DNA of 64,000 bases. Origin: Mobula hypostoma. Its lineage: Eukaryota. Position numbers and translations under genes: made by a program. A model generated the notes under the pieces. That model was not told where the DNA came from. It did no database searches and saw only the letters and a program-made list of their open reading frames with translations. Below, piece by piece: positions 1 to 12,889 of this stretch. How positions within the stretch are numbered: position 1 is the first letter of the stretch; every line of letters starts with the position of its first letter. The stretch spans positions 75,146,001-75,210,000 of the forward strand of contig NC_086108.1 of NCBI RefSeq assembly GCF_963921235.1, in the 5' to 3' direction.

Positions 1-215
1 ATAAATCCTTACCCCAGTCATCTAGGATGTTGAGAACTAGATCCACCAGGCCTTGCAGCACGAACCTGCTCTGGCTGACATCCCTGTCAACCGCATGTAT
101 GTGCTGGCAGCCGTGCACAATGAAGCACTCCAGTGTGTCCACTCCTCGCCTCTCTCCAGCCATCCAGACACACAACGGACACTGGATTTTCTGCAATGCC
201 AGTTTTGGTGGCCCA
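1..215 (+). mobile_element. Gypsy-type LTR retrotransposon pol fragment (integrase zinc-binding region), degenerate
   Basis: ORF 53..265 reads RMYVLAAVHNEALQCVHSSPLSSHPDTQRTLDFLQCQFWWP, resembling the Gypsy integrase N-terminal motif RLxVP..L...H.S....HPG..RT..L....FWWP. Confidence 0.7.
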
Positions 216-467
216 CAGCACAAAGAGGTCTGAGCTCACTCACTTACTTGGAAGCAAAAAAGTAAATGTAACCGCAGCAAAGATGTGTGAGTGTGAAGGT
301 GGTCATTGGGGATCAGGGAGATGGGATGTGAGCATAAGAACATTAGACATTTACTCGTGGTTATACAAGAAATAACAGGAGAGGATATAATGGCAGTTGG
401 CAACAGGACCAATGTGATGACTTGTTACCGAAAGGAAATGCCAGTATTGATACATATAATGAACTTA

Positions 468-975
468 ACCTCAATGTTCAAAAATTCAAAGTACATTTAC
501 TAACAAAGTACATATACTGTACGTCACCATATACAACCCTGAAATTCGTTTTCTTTTGTACATACTCAGCAAATCCAAGAACCATAATCGCAACACTGAA
601 ACAATAGGGGGGACAACAAACTTTGCAAATGGAAAAGGAAAATAATAATAAATAAATAAGCTATAAATATCTAGAACATGTCCTTGGAAGTGAGTCCATA
701 GGTTGTGGGAACATTTCAGTGATGGGGCAAGTGCAGTTATCCCCACCAGTTCAAGAGCCCGATGCTTGAGGGGTAGTAACTGGTCCTGAACTTGGTAATG
801 TGAGTCCTGAGGCTCCTGTACTTTCTTCCTGATGGAAGCAGCGAGACGAAAGCATGACCCGGTTGGTGGGGGTCCCTGATGATGGATGCCGCTCTCTCCC
901 CTGTGATAGTGCTCCATGTAGATGTGCTCAATGGTGGTGCGGCCTTTACCCATGATTAACCGCGCTGTATCCACA
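468..975 (-). mobile_element. Rex1/Babar-like LINE 3' fragment
   Basis: ORF 737..931 reads AASIIRDPHQPGHAFVSLLPSGRKYRSLRTHITKFRTSYYP, a typical C-terminus of this clade; followed by an AT-rich 3' UTR and degenerate TTTGAA tail. Confidence 0.8.
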
Positions 976-1611
976 ACTTCTAACCTCAGTGTAAGGTTTG
1001 AACTATTTCTTTAATACCATGCTTTGGTTATTATTATTTAAGCTCAAATTATATTACACCACAAAAAAACTAAATTATGTTCTATTTACCGGGTAATGAA
1101 GATGGCTCCCTCGTGTAGAGCTATGTTTCAGAAACAGCAGTAATTATTGAGATGAATTTTGTGAACTGCTGCCACTTGAACTCAGTCGTCATGCGTTAAA
1201 GGCACACACACAACACCATCAGCTTCTGTAGCATATGTTTATTTTTATATGGTTGCACAGGTGATCCCTGAGGGCAGGGAGTCTCCTTGATTTAGCGACA
1301 AGACCTGACAAGATCACCCCGCTTGCAGGAGGGATGTGATTGTTTGAAGGCTCACAGGGAGTATTTAGTGCAGCAGGCAATCCAGGCAGTAAATTGTCAA
1401 GGAGATTGATGTTATAAACAATGCTGCCTGCACAATGACCAGCGGAACAAAAAATATCGTTATCACAAAAGATCGGAAAACATGTCCTCACAAATTGAAA
1501 TGATCATTATCTGTGCAGATCTTATCTTCCCCTTGATTCACGCTCTGCCAATGCCATTCTTTACACTACACTCACCCTCCTACTCACAGACTACCAAAAA
1601 ATGTTAATGTC

Positions 1612-1837
1612 AGAAACATAGAAACATAGAAAATAGGGGCAGGAGTAGGCCATTCGGCCCTTCAAGCCTGCACCGCCATTCAGTACGATCATGGCTGATC
1701 ATCCAACTCAGAACCCTGTACCAGCCTTCCCTCCATACCCCCTGATCCCTTTAGCCACAAGGGTCATATCTAACTCCCTCTTAAATATAGTCAATGAACT
1801 GGCCTCAACTGTTTCCTGTGGCAGAGAATTCCACAGA
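1612..1837 (-). mobile_element. CR1 LINE, 3' tail-only insertion
   Basis: (AGAAACAT)n microsatellite tail, then GGAGTAGGCCATTCGGCCCTTC, the CR1 3' UTR motif repeated elsewhere in the window. Confidence 0.85.
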
Positions 1838-3198
1838 CATCCCACCCTGCAAAATCTCATTTCAGGGAGGTAGTACCCCCGCCCCCCGCAACTTCATATT
1901 CCCCCCACCCCCATCGACCTCCAAGGGTGTATGTAATACTTTGTTTAGTGATTTTGTCTCATCTGTAAACCAAGTCGGGTATATGCAGAAAATGTGACAT
2001 TAAAGTATGTACTTGTATTATATTACCATGTTTATTCTATTACAACTTTAAGCAAGTGAATAGGGAGTTTGGCCTCATCAAGTAGGACATCAATAGCATA
2101 GCTTCTTAGCAGCCAGCCAGCTAGTTTAAATAATGTTAGCTATGCCAATGAATGAATGACACCTGTTACACTCACCTCAACATGTCTTTTACATTTTAAC
2201 CCACCATGGGCAATCGAAAAGTCACTGTTGCAAATAGTGCAGCGAGCAACATTGTCATTATTTTTGAGGTCGACTGTAAAGCCCGCCCACAGAGAAAACT
2301 GATGGGTCTACTTAGCAGGGGTCCGCAATTGTTTTCGCACCGCAGACCGGTTTAATATTAACAATATTCTTACGGACCGGCCGAGCGGGGGCTGGGGTGT
2401 TAATCACAACCGGAATATAAGTGATAAGTCAATCGCATCTTAACATTTTAAGTAACATTTGGATATTAAACACACAGCGCATATTTTCCCCATATGAACA
2501 TATAAAATCATTGCAACACACCAATATCACTGAATCAGTAGGAGTCCTGGGCTTGTTTTCCTGCAACAAGACCGTCCTATTGAGGGGTGATGGGAGACAG
2601 CGATACTCGAAGGGGGTTCCTTATGTCCAGTCTATTCCGCAATTTAGTTTTCGTTGCATTCATTGCAGAAAACTCCGCTTCACAGAGATATGTTGGAAAT
2701 GGAAGCAACGTTTTCAGTGCTTCCGTGGTTATCTCAGGATATTCAGCCTTGACTTTGATCCAGAATGCTGGCAGAGATGTTATGTCAAACATAGTTTTCA
2801 GCCCACCGTCATTTGCAAACTTGAGGAGTTGATCTTTTTCCCGCGCTGACATGGAAGATTCACCGGGGACATTCACTAATGGGTCAAGGACCCGTTCCTT
2901 TGTACGTCTCGGGTCACTGATGACCTCGCGTGTGTTAAAATTCAACAGTGCGTGACAGGGAATGAGGAAAGGTGCAGCTGACTCATATCATTTCATATCG
3001 TCAAATCATATTGTTTCCTCGTGGCCCGGTGGTTGGGGACCACTCTTAGCACGAAGAGAGACCAATCAGGATGCTCGCTCTCCCTCTCCCTCTCAAAAAA
3101 ATCTATTTCCGGGATATTGTATATAATTTCCGGGCATCAGGGAGCCACTATCGATATGCGGGAGGCTCCCAGAACTTCCGGGAGAGGTGGGATGTCTG
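1834..3198. mobile_element. Non-autonomous DNA transposon, probably hAT, with 13-bp TIRs
   Basis: CAGACATCCCACC (1834-1846) and its exact reverse complement GGTGGGATGTCTG (3186-3198); possible 8-bp TSD TAATGTCA (1605-1612) / TAATGTTA (3199-3206) separated by the CR1 tail. Confidence 0.7.
2316..3044 (-). mobile_element. hAT-Charlie element, internally deleted, retaining the transposase C-terminal dimerisation domain
   Basis: Ends CAGGGGTCCGCAA...GGTTGGGGACCACT; ORF 2577..2945 reads SLPAFWIKVKAEYPEITTEALKTLLPFPTYLCEAEFSAMNATKTKLRNRL; CTTAG on both flanks (partial TSD). Confidence 0.9.
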
Positions 3199-3206
3199 TA
3201 ATGTTA

Positions 3207-5150
3207 GGGGAGGGGGAAGCACGCTTCATGATTAACTCATCGTGGTGCACAGACGTGACGGTTCTGTCTCAGTCCTGCTTACCCGACCTGGAACATCTAG
3301 CGGTCAAGTGTCATCCATTTAATCTGCTGAGGCAGTTTTCTGCCATTATTCTGGTAGTGGTGTACATTCCACCTCAGGCCAATGTCAGGCAGGTACCGCA
3401 GGAGCTGAGCACCGTGATCAGCAGTCATGAAATAGTGCACCCTAATGCCTTCCTTGTCATTGCAGGGGATCTCAACCAGGCCAGCTTGAAGAAGTCTCTG
3501 AACGGCCTGATGCTTCACTCCCAGGTGGGCTAAATGGCTTTTATGCACGCTTCAAAAGGGGGAATAAAACTACTCCTGTGTGAATCCCTGCAGCATCTGG
3601 TGAGCCTGTAATCCCTGTCTTGGAGGCTGACATCAGAACATCTTTCATGAAGGTGAGCCCTCATAAGGAGACAGGCACCGATAGTGTCCCAAGTAGGTAC
3701 TGAAAACCTGTACCGACCAACTGGCTGGAATGTTCAAGGACACCTTCAGTTTCTCACTGCTGCAGTCAGAGGTTCCCTCTCGCTTCAAAAGGGCAACAAT
3801 AGTACCAGTGTCCTAGAAGAACAGGGCTGGGTGCTGCAGTGACTGTTGCGCTCACAACTACTGTGACAAAATGATGTGAGAAGCTGGTCATAGCCAAAAT
3901 AAACTCCTGCCTAAGCAAGGCCTTGGACTGCTGCAATCTGCCCATCGCCACAGTTAGCTTACAGTGGATGCGATCTCATTGGCTCTCCACTCAGCCTTCG
4001 ATCACCTGCACAGAAGTAATACTTGTCCCAATCTGCTTATTGATTACAGCTGAGCATTAAACACCATCATACTCTGAGTACTAGTCGACAAACTCCAAAA
4101 CCTGGGCCTCTATACTTCCGTCTTGAACTGGATTTTTGACGTCCTCATCAGGAGACCACATTCAATGCAGATTGGAATTAACGTCTCCAACTGGCTGACA
4201 ATCAACACTGACGCTCCTCAAGTATGCACGCTTAGCTCACTGCTCCTCTCTCTCTGCACCCATGACTGTGAGGCCAGGTATGGCTTAAAAACCATCTATA
4301 AATTTCAATGACAAAACTACAGTCGGCAGAATTCCAGATGGTGGTGAGGAGGTGTAGAGGAGTGAGATAGATCAGCTGGTTGAGTGGTGTTGAAATAACA
4401 ACCTTACTCTCAATGTCAGTAAGACCCAGGAATTGATCGTGGATTTCAAGAAGAGGAAGTTGAAGGAATGCACATCAGTTCTCACTGAGGATTCAGCAGT
4501 GTGGAAAGGGCAAGCAGCTTCAAGTTCCTGAGTGACAACATTTCTGAAGATCTATCCTGCGTCCAACATATTGATGCAAAAACAAAGAAAGCATAACAGT
4601 GGCTATATTTCATTAGGAGCTTGAAGAGAATTGGGACGCCACCAAAGACTTAAACATTTCTACAGACATACCGTGGAGAACATTATAATTGGTTGCATCA
4701 CTGACTGTTATGGAGGGGCCACTGCACAGGATCAAAAAAGCTGCAGTACGTTATAAACTCAGCCAGCTCTTTTGTTGGCACTAGTCTCCCCAGCGCCGAG
4801 GACATCTTCAAAAGGCGATGCCATCTGTCATTAGGGATCCACATCACCCAGGACATGCTCTCTTCTCATTGTTAACATTAAGAGGAGGTACAGGAGCTTG
4901 AAGACACACACTTGACATTTCAGGAAACAGTTTTTTCCCACCACCATCAGATTTCTGGAGGAACAATGAGGCCAAGTACACTACCTCACTATCTTCTTTT
5001 TGTCCTCTTTTTGCACGACTTATTTGATTTAATTACATATATGCACCTATTTCTTATTGTAATTTATATATTTTAACTATGTATTTCATGTACTGTTGTT
5101 GCAAAACAGCATACCTCATGTCTCATGCCAGCGATATTAAACCAGATTCC
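3207..5150 (+). mobile_element. Rex1/Babar-like LINE, degenerate (endonuclease fragment, internal deletion, RT, 3' UTR)
   Basis: ORF 3021..3533 reads FMINSSWCTDVTVLSQSCLPDLEHLAVKCHPF..VVVYIPPQAN..AGDLNQA (APE endonuclease); 4123..4311 reads WIFDVLIRRPHSMQIG..LTINTDAPQVCTLSSLL..THDC (RT). Confidence 0.85.
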
Positions 5151-5499
5151 GAAATAAACTGCTTTGGTTCACCTTCTCACTCTCCTCCTTTTTCTCTCTG
5201 CTCCATGTCAGGTTCAGTCTGTTCCTAGCTCCATCCTGGCAGGCCAAAAGCTGAGTTTGTCTCATTGCCTAATCAGGCAATGCACAGTATAACTCGATGC
5301 TGAATAATGCAACCATTGTCGTATATTTTGAGCAACCCTGGTTGGTTAACCTCAATCTCTTGCTACTAGCACATCATATCAGTTGTGTTTAGAGGTTTAA
5401 ACTGAACCAACAGCCACTTGAGTAGGGGATAGTCCTCATCCCTCAAAATTCAGCTTGAGGAGCAACATGACTGTCAGTGAGAGACAGATGAAATAGTCT

Positions 5500-5660
5500 A
5501 AGGAGTGAGTCACGTGAGCTCCTGACGTACCTAGGAGTGATGCTGAATTTTGGGCATTGGATGCCTGTTGATGTCACGAGTGAGTTTGATATGAGAAAAG
5601 CAAAGCTAGAAAAGACAAACGTCTTGCCAAAAAATGAGCACATGACGTCAGTGACTAATG
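5500..5660. promoter_or_regulatory. Candidate enhancer: clustered AP-1, CRE and E-box motifs
   Basis: TGAGTCA 5506-5512 overlapping CACGTG 5511-5516; TGACGTA 5523-5529; TGATGTCA 5569-5576; perfect TGACGTCA 5643-5650; TGACTAA 5652-5658. Motif evidence only. Confidence 0.35.
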
Positions 5661-6240
5661 TGAAGACATCCAGAAATGCAGGACTGCTTTGCATTAATTT
5701 TCAACTGATCCATGTCTATTTACCTGCCATCATGAAAATGAATTTCTAGCTTTTGTTCTGATGTCTAGATTAACCATGGAATATTTTATTCATTTCCTTA
5801 ATCGTTTCCATTTGCTTGTCTCTTGGCTATTGAATACCAAGTGAGTAATTTCCTGCAATTGAGTAGCTCCTCTGCAATGATTATATCCACCACTGGATTA
5901 AACAGCTAAAGTAACCATATATACCAACCCATATTGTGTGAATCAGAACTTAATTTGGATTCAAATGTTTTATCTTCTCCATATAGGAATTTAAATTCAT
6001 ACTGTGATTCTTTTTTCAATGACTTGGTACCACAATTAGAAATTTATTTCGTGGTGTTGCAAACTTTTACTATGCTAGGGATGGACACCTTGCTTCTCAA
6101 GTAGCGATGAGGACATTCCTGTGGAGAAGGGATCCAGAGTCATGGGATTATTTAGCATGGAAACAGGCCCTTTGGTCCCATTCATCCATGCCAACCCAGG
6201 TGCTAATTCCATTTTCCTGCATTTAGTTCATATATATATT

Positions 6241-6420
6241 AAAATAGAGCCAGTAAAATTCACAAGTCAACTGAAAGGGTAGGCAATCAGGACCAAGGCA
6301 AGCGAACGAGAGACTATATAAACATAAGCGCTCCTGGAGAGAAACGCTAACAACTGTGCACTGACGATGTCACCTCAACTGGCTAATTGCCAAGCTTGGC
6401 AAACACCACAACTTCAGATG
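6241..6420 (+). mobile_element. Probable pseudo-LTR of a second Penelope-like family with a truncated hammerhead
   Basis: Insert in the old CR1 containing TATATAAA then GCA-CTGACGA-TGTCACC, the 5' half of a hammerhead core; the GAAA half is absent. Confidence 0.45.
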
Positions 6421-6847
6421 GTTCATATACTTTCAAACCTTTCCCATCCACGTACCTGTCCAAATGTCTTTTTAACTTTGGGTTATACCTGCCTCCAACA
6501 TCTCCTATGGCGGCTCATTCCATTTACTAACTACCCTTTGTGTGCTAAACTTGTTCCTCAGACCCTCTTAAAAATTCTCTCTTCTTAAACCTCCAGTTTT
6601 AGACTCCTTTACCCTGGGAAGAGAGACTTTGATTATCTATCCCGTCTGTTCCCCTTATAAGATAAGTCCTCAGCATTCTTCTTTTGAGGAAAGACAGTCC
6701 CAGTCAATCCAGTCTCTCTTTAAAACCTTCAAACCAGACAACATTTCTGTGGATCTTTTCTGCACCTTCTCTAACTTAAACATATATTTCCAGAAGTGTG
6801 ACTATCAGAACTACACACCAGAATCTGGCCACTGCACTAATTTTAAA

Positions 6848-7121
6848 GGACACGATGTTAGTATGGTGGTTAGCATGAGGTGACACTATTATAACTCAGG
6901 GCCCTGGAGTTCGGAGTACAATTCCAGCATCATCTGTGGAATGTGTGGGTTTTCTCTGGGAGTTCCTGTTTCCTCCCACAGTCCAAAGACCTAACGGTAG
7001 AGTAGGTTAATTGGTCACTGTAAATTGTCCTGTGTTTAGGTTGAATTGGGGTTGTTGGGTGGTTGCTGGGGTGGTATGGGTTGCAAGGGCCTAGTCTGCA
7101 TAGTATTGCTAAATAAATAAA
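6848..7121 (+). mobile_element. tRNA-derived HE1/V-SINE-like SINE
   Basis: A-box-like TGGTGGTTAGC, decayed B box, V-domain-like GTGGGTTTTCTCTGGGAGTTCCTGTTTCCTCCCACAGTCCAAAGAC, and TAAATAAATAAA tail. Confidence 0.8.
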
Positions 7122-8419
7122 TAGCCAATGATTATACAACTGTAACATGATGCTCCAACTTCTATTTTTAATGCCTCAGCCAATAAAAGCAAGCTCATTC
7201 ACCACTTTGTCTACCTATGTCACTACTTTGAGAGATCTACATATTTGCACCCCAATGTCTCACTGCTTAATAACACTCCCTATGGCCACTGCATAAGTCC
7301 TGGTCTGGTTTAACCTCCCAAAAAGCATAATTTTGCACTTGTCTCCGTTAAATTCCATCTATTGGAATTTTCTCATTTGATCCAGATCCTGTTGTAACCT
7401 TAAACAACCTTCTTCTCTATTCACTTTACCACCAATTTTGGAATAATGTGCAAACTTCCTAATTGTGTCACTTATATTTTCTTCCAAATCATTAATATAC
7501 GTAATGAACAATGAAGGACTCAGTGTAAATCCTTTTGACACACTGCTTCAATCTGAACAGCAAATCTCCTCTACCACTATCTGCCTAACACCAAGCCAAT
7601 ATTGTATCTTTATCTGCAATGTCACCCTGGACATCTCGTGTTCTACCATACAATGTCAATGTCATACAAAGTGCTCTTGTCAATGGCCTTGCAGGTGACA
7701 TCCACTGCCCTGTCCTCATCAGTCCTCTTGGTGACTTCATTATCTCAATCAAATTTATGAAACATGATCTCCCAGACCACCAGAAGAGAGGTCCAGAGAT
7801 AAACCAACAATGGAGCAAGCAAATAGGATGATCAATATAAGGAGAGATGCCTTAGAATATGCTTCAGGTGTAGTAAGTGAGAGGTGCCAATGAGTGAAAA
7901 CATCTTATCTACCAATAACTGCATAACTACCATCAATCACTGCTTTATGCAATACAGCTCCAACTCTCACCAAACAAACCATAACTCCCATCAGTCACAA
8001 CCCCAACCTAGAATTCATATGTTCCACCACACCAAGCCACCACTACTTCTTTTTCAAAACGCACATATCTTTTCATGCACCACCAGACTTGGTAGCAAAT
8101 GGATGTATCCGATATTTGGTCTATCAGTTAACTTAGTGTACGATCATCACTTGTGTTCAAACAGAAATTGCTAACCACCAGGTAAGTATGTTATCATGAA
8201 AATTGGATTTTCTCTTTATTGGTAACCCATCATGAGAAATGAGCACAACTGGAAGATTGGCATGCGAAGATATTCTTTCAATGCCATTGATGGTGGTGAA
8301 GGACAGCCTAGCTGACCATTGCAATACTTCTGATGGAAGTGCTCTGTCAATTCATTTATGAAGACAATTCCAAAATGGTGAATATGTGAGGACGTGGGAA
8401 TCAGCATAAAACCTTTCCA

Positions 8420-9000
8420 CTTGAGGATGGAATATTACCTATGGTCCATCTTATAGTTGTTGGACAACTCAAGTGATATCTGGTCTTGTCCTTCTGGATG
8501 CTTCAAGTTAAGGTTCATTTTGAAGAAACACTTTGGGTAAAGAACCTCCTCAGTGATGCTGTCATCCATCTTGTATATGGTGTGTACTATAGCCATTGTG
8601 ATAATAGTCAAATGTAGTGAATTTTGATGGGATAACGATGCACCAGACTACTTTGCATGATAAATTAAAGCTTCTTTACTGTCAGCACTGGAACAGCACT
8701 AAAGTGACAAGAAGATACCTGATTTTTTAGCTACCTAATTTGTGCCTTGTACATAATCGAAAGGCTTGCTGAAGTGTTTCCCTGCAGAATACTTAGTATT
8801 ATTCATGTCTCTGTGGCCATGTAATTAAAGTGGGCCATACAGGAAATTTTCTGGTCAGCGATGGTCACCAGTATGTTGCTGGTTAATAACGATGCAGCTA
8901 AATTCAAACAGGATTTTTTTTTAGATTACCTCTAGTAGGAGATGATAATTGACAGGCACTTAGGTGACCAATGGGAACTTTCTACTTATCATTTCATCTC
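8420..9000 (-). mobile_element. Ancient LINE relic related to the element at 31200-40330
   Basis: Shares decayed blocks (TGTGCCTTGTA, AGGCTT, TTTCTGGTCA.GATG) with 31700-31756 and 39846-39960. Confidence 0.45.
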
Positions 9001-10319
9001 CAATTATTGGTGAGCTCTAGTTTTATGTTCGCATAACGTGTATGCTCAAAATTGTCCTCTATTCAGGTAATCAAGTCAATTGCAGCAGCAGCAGCAGCCA
9101 AAACCAGAGATAAGTGACAAATCTCAGCTGTTTAGAGCCTGGGTGATGTGGGGAGGAAGGTAAACAAACTTTGGAAACTTTATTTCCACAAGCAGAACAG
9201 TTCATAAATATGGAGATAGGAAGGTTGCTCCCAGCATTCTACTCAAGACGTCCTTCAGCCTCCTTTACTGATTAGGCTTTGTCTCCAGGCCCTCTTCCCA
9301 GTCATCCAGATAGCAGCTCCTGCTGAAGACGGATACCCAGCGGGATCAGTAATAAACCACCCATATTCAACCAAAAATATAACAATCTTCAATGGAAAAA
9401 ATTATCTGTAGCTCTGGCAGTTCCACAGACCATGAACAGACCTCCTCTAAGTTAATCCCTGATGAAACCTGCAAGCAATTAAGGATCCCTTTAAATAGTG
9501 CAGGTGCAGGGCTTCAGCTTGCCTTTCAGACCTAGCTTCCTGTGTATAGCCCACATTGTGTACTTGTAATACAAACACAGTCCAGAATGGGAGGACAGGG
9601 GTCAAATGAGCTTTCCACACACAATAACTGATGCCATTATTGCAAAACGCTCTGTGCTTGGGTTGTACATCCTAATGCTGTGTCCTTTCATATTGCAAGT
9701 TATGTGAGATGTCTATTAATGAGCTGATCATAAATTACTATTACAATTGCCCCCAAAAGTGGTATATAATAACACAAGTGCTTTGTTATTGAATAACCAT
9801 TCCAGTTTATGTTCCATTGTACCACATATAGTTGTGGTTAAGACATTGCCTTAGTAGAAATAAATATTAAAACAGCTGACTATTTTATATTCACAAACAT
9901 TTCCCTAAAGGTTGTGATATATCTAGCAGCCTTCAGCTCCCTAAAGAAAATTCAATTGTGTCGATTGTTGAGGATGCCTAGAGGTAGTAGCTTCTTGGTG
10001 TTCTGCTAAATCCATTTGCCATGTTGAAAAGGGGATGATTGATTTTGGCTTGGCAATAAAACTGATCTGTTGGAATGGATGGATGCAAGTTCTAATCTAC
10101 AGAGTCTAGACTGCATTCAGGAAAGCATCAAAAGTTAGCAAGACTTTGACAAATAGGAAACGTATCTGGAATCTCATGATGTAAGTGCAACTGTATCTTA
10201 CTTCAGCTGATGTAATGATGTTACTTATTTCTTTTTACCCTGACTACATTTAATGAGTTATCACAATATAGAAGGTTTTGTTTTTCCATCTTTAAGCCAA
10301 CATACAATGTAAAGCCACT

Positions 10320-11360
10320 GAATCACTCCAACAGCATGCTCAGATTAAATTACTTAAATTTGATGACATATTGTGGAAAGTGTCGTTAAAAAATCTAAAT
10401 ACTCATGGGTATTAACAATAACACATTAGTATGGAGAGAGGATTAATTAAATCAATAATAATAAAAAAAGAGTAGGACAAAGCAGGTAGTTTTCAGGTTA
10501 GCGGTCTGTGTCCAATGGGGAGCTTCAGTTATTAACAGTTTAAATGAAAGGGCTAAATGTTAAATGTAGCACATCCAAGTTTTCTATTGATAGATGCAAG
10601 GTGGGAGAATAGTCTATGAGATGGACTCAGTATTTGAAAAGTTTCGACAGGAAGAGTAGGGCAAGGAGGTGGCAGAAGGATTACTTATAGAAAAAGAAAT
10701 GAAGTTATTTCGGTAGAAAGAAGGAAAATTGAATATTTTAAATGCCAATAAGCTAAATAAGCTGATGCACCAGAAGGATCTTGGTCCTTCTGGTTTTTAT
10801 GATGCAGAAAATAAATATACAAATATGGAGAGCTAATAGGAAAGAAAATGGTATGTTGGCCTTTTGTTAAGGAGGTTGGAATACAAAAGGAAATCTTACA
10901 GAGACAATACATGGCTTTCATGAGAACTTCACAGTTTAATGAACAGTTCTGGGTCTGTGAACCTAAACAAAAAGAATAAATTTATTTCGGATGCACCACC
11001 ACATAGTTTCATTAGGAGTGGGGATATTTTATGAATATATATAGAGTATGGTTCACTCAGGCTGCTGGAGTTTTAGGAAAGAAATGTGCCAAAGATTCTG
11101 AGAAGGGTTGATAGAGAGCTTCCAAGAAGTTGCTTGCTGCAACTGATTCAAGGTTCAAGAAAGTTTAATGTCATTTCCAGTGCACTGATGTAAAGGAGGC
11201 AAGTCAAGTACTAGGAGCAAAGTCTCATTATAAGGAATCTGCCTCTTTGGACTGAGACTTGGAGGAATTTCTTAATTCACAGTATTGCATGACTTTGGAA
11301 CTCTCCGCCTTAAAAGGCTGTGGCTGCTCAGTATTTGAGTATATTCAAATCTGGAAGTGA
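10320..11360 (+). mobile_element. Highly decayed CR1 LINE RT and 3' region
   Basis: Colinear decayed motifs ACATCCAAGTTT, AGGTGGCAGA, TATGTTGGCCTTT, GGAGGAATTTCTT..CACAG matching younger CR1 copies in the window. Confidence 0.65.
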
Positions 11361-12889
11361 TGAGAAACACAAAGGGTCTCTGTTGCTTCTTATCCATTGT
11401 GTGGCTTATTATTGAATAATACCATAACAATACATCACATGGAACTTCATTGTTGTCTTAATAAGCAAGAGGAACTTCACTTGTTTTCCTTTCTAGTATT
11501 TATCATGTGCGCGTCCTTGCTCCCTCCACTACATCCATTTCAAAACCTTTTATGCTAAGTGCTGCATTGGCTGATTTTACGCACAATACTACATTATCCC
11601 TCAAAACAACATTGGCACTGCAACAGTTAAAGGCTTCGGAAATGACTTCTCATTTTTGTTCATCACCCCTTATTGCAAAACACACAGTTACATCAGTCAA
11701 TTCAACTCCACATATTGCTTGTGTAGTCTTCAAACACTAAAGATTTTCATTATCTGTACTAATGGAAAACAATAGATTATTTTGCACATAGAACAATCCA
11801 CTGCTTACAAGACTTCAGCCATCGAGGATTGATTTTTTTTGGATAATGTTATCCAAATTTTTGTGATTAATTTTATCATCCAAAGTTGTCATTTTTTTTT
11901 GGATATGGTTACTCTAATTCCATAGAGTAACCTCATGCTTGAGGAGAGCTCTTTCTGCATATTGATGGTCAGGTACTAATAACTATTGGTGCTGGCATTC
12001 TATTTTGCAAAGATATTCTTAAATTTCTTTGATCCTGCTAGCACCTGTGGTAAGTGTTGGCCATTGCAATTATTGCTGATGATCGAACCAGCCTCATCAG
12101 TATGCTTTGCAGTCAGTTTCAAAGTCTTAGACTTTGCTATAGCTATCTGAAAATGGACTACAGTTACACCACCTTCTTATGATGGATAGAATTCTCTGGC
12201 ATTCTGTGACATAGTAATTTAACATGGAAGTAAGATTGACAGGTTTTGCATATTCATAAGCTATGACAGAAATTGTTCATTTACCAGTCCATACACAAAC
12301 TTGTCACATCAGGCATCTTCTAAAAATGTGCCAATACTTTAATATGACTACTTGTTTAATGAGACAATGTATTAATTTCTGCATGCATAGGTAAATTCCC
12401 AGATCTTAGACAAAAGTTCTTCCAGTTATATCTATAAAAGACAGTTTGAATAATTTAGGAAATTGTAGATTTTAGGAGAATAATCTGAAACCTAACAACT
12501 TCCAAGTTTCTTGCATGAAAGTTCATGCCATGTTCTTTGTTAAACCAGTGCATGTATAGGGAAATCTCAAGCTCACTTGTAATCTGTATCTGGAATCTAG
12601 AAATAAAGGCATATAAAATTTAACTAAACCTTTGTGAATCTGAGATTATCACATTTCCTATTGTTAAAAAATGGAGAATTTTAAATATCTAGTATTTTTT
12701 AACATTCCTCCTTAACAGCTGGATTCTTTGGCACAATGGTTTCAACTTTTGAAACTTCCCCAAAGTTTTATTCATTTTCATTTTTTGTGATGCACTTCAT
12801 GAACTGTCTTGCCATCTGGGAAAAAGAAAGGCTGACACAAAGGTTAAAACTGAAAGTTCATATGTTCTACTCTATGGCCCTCTTGTGTT

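Larger units (their letters stand above)
6136..7770 (-). mobile_element. Old CR1 LINE 3' half, interrupted by younger inserts
   Basis: 3' UTR motif GCATGGAAACAGGCCC near 6156; ORF 7359..7541 reads FITYINDLEENISDTIRKFAHYSKIGG..LQQDLD (decayed CR1 RT FADD region). Confidence 0.8.

Noticed and set aside
1240..1290. Splice-acceptor-like site at 1260 (similar one at 5211)
   Set aside because: Frames close quickly or give unrecognisable peptides, and no matching donor was found
6848..6930. tRNA-like sequence
   Set aside because: Decayed SINE head followed by V domain and tail; no cloverleaf
9080..9097. Short (GCA)n run
   Set aside because: Ordinary microsatellite outside any supported ORF
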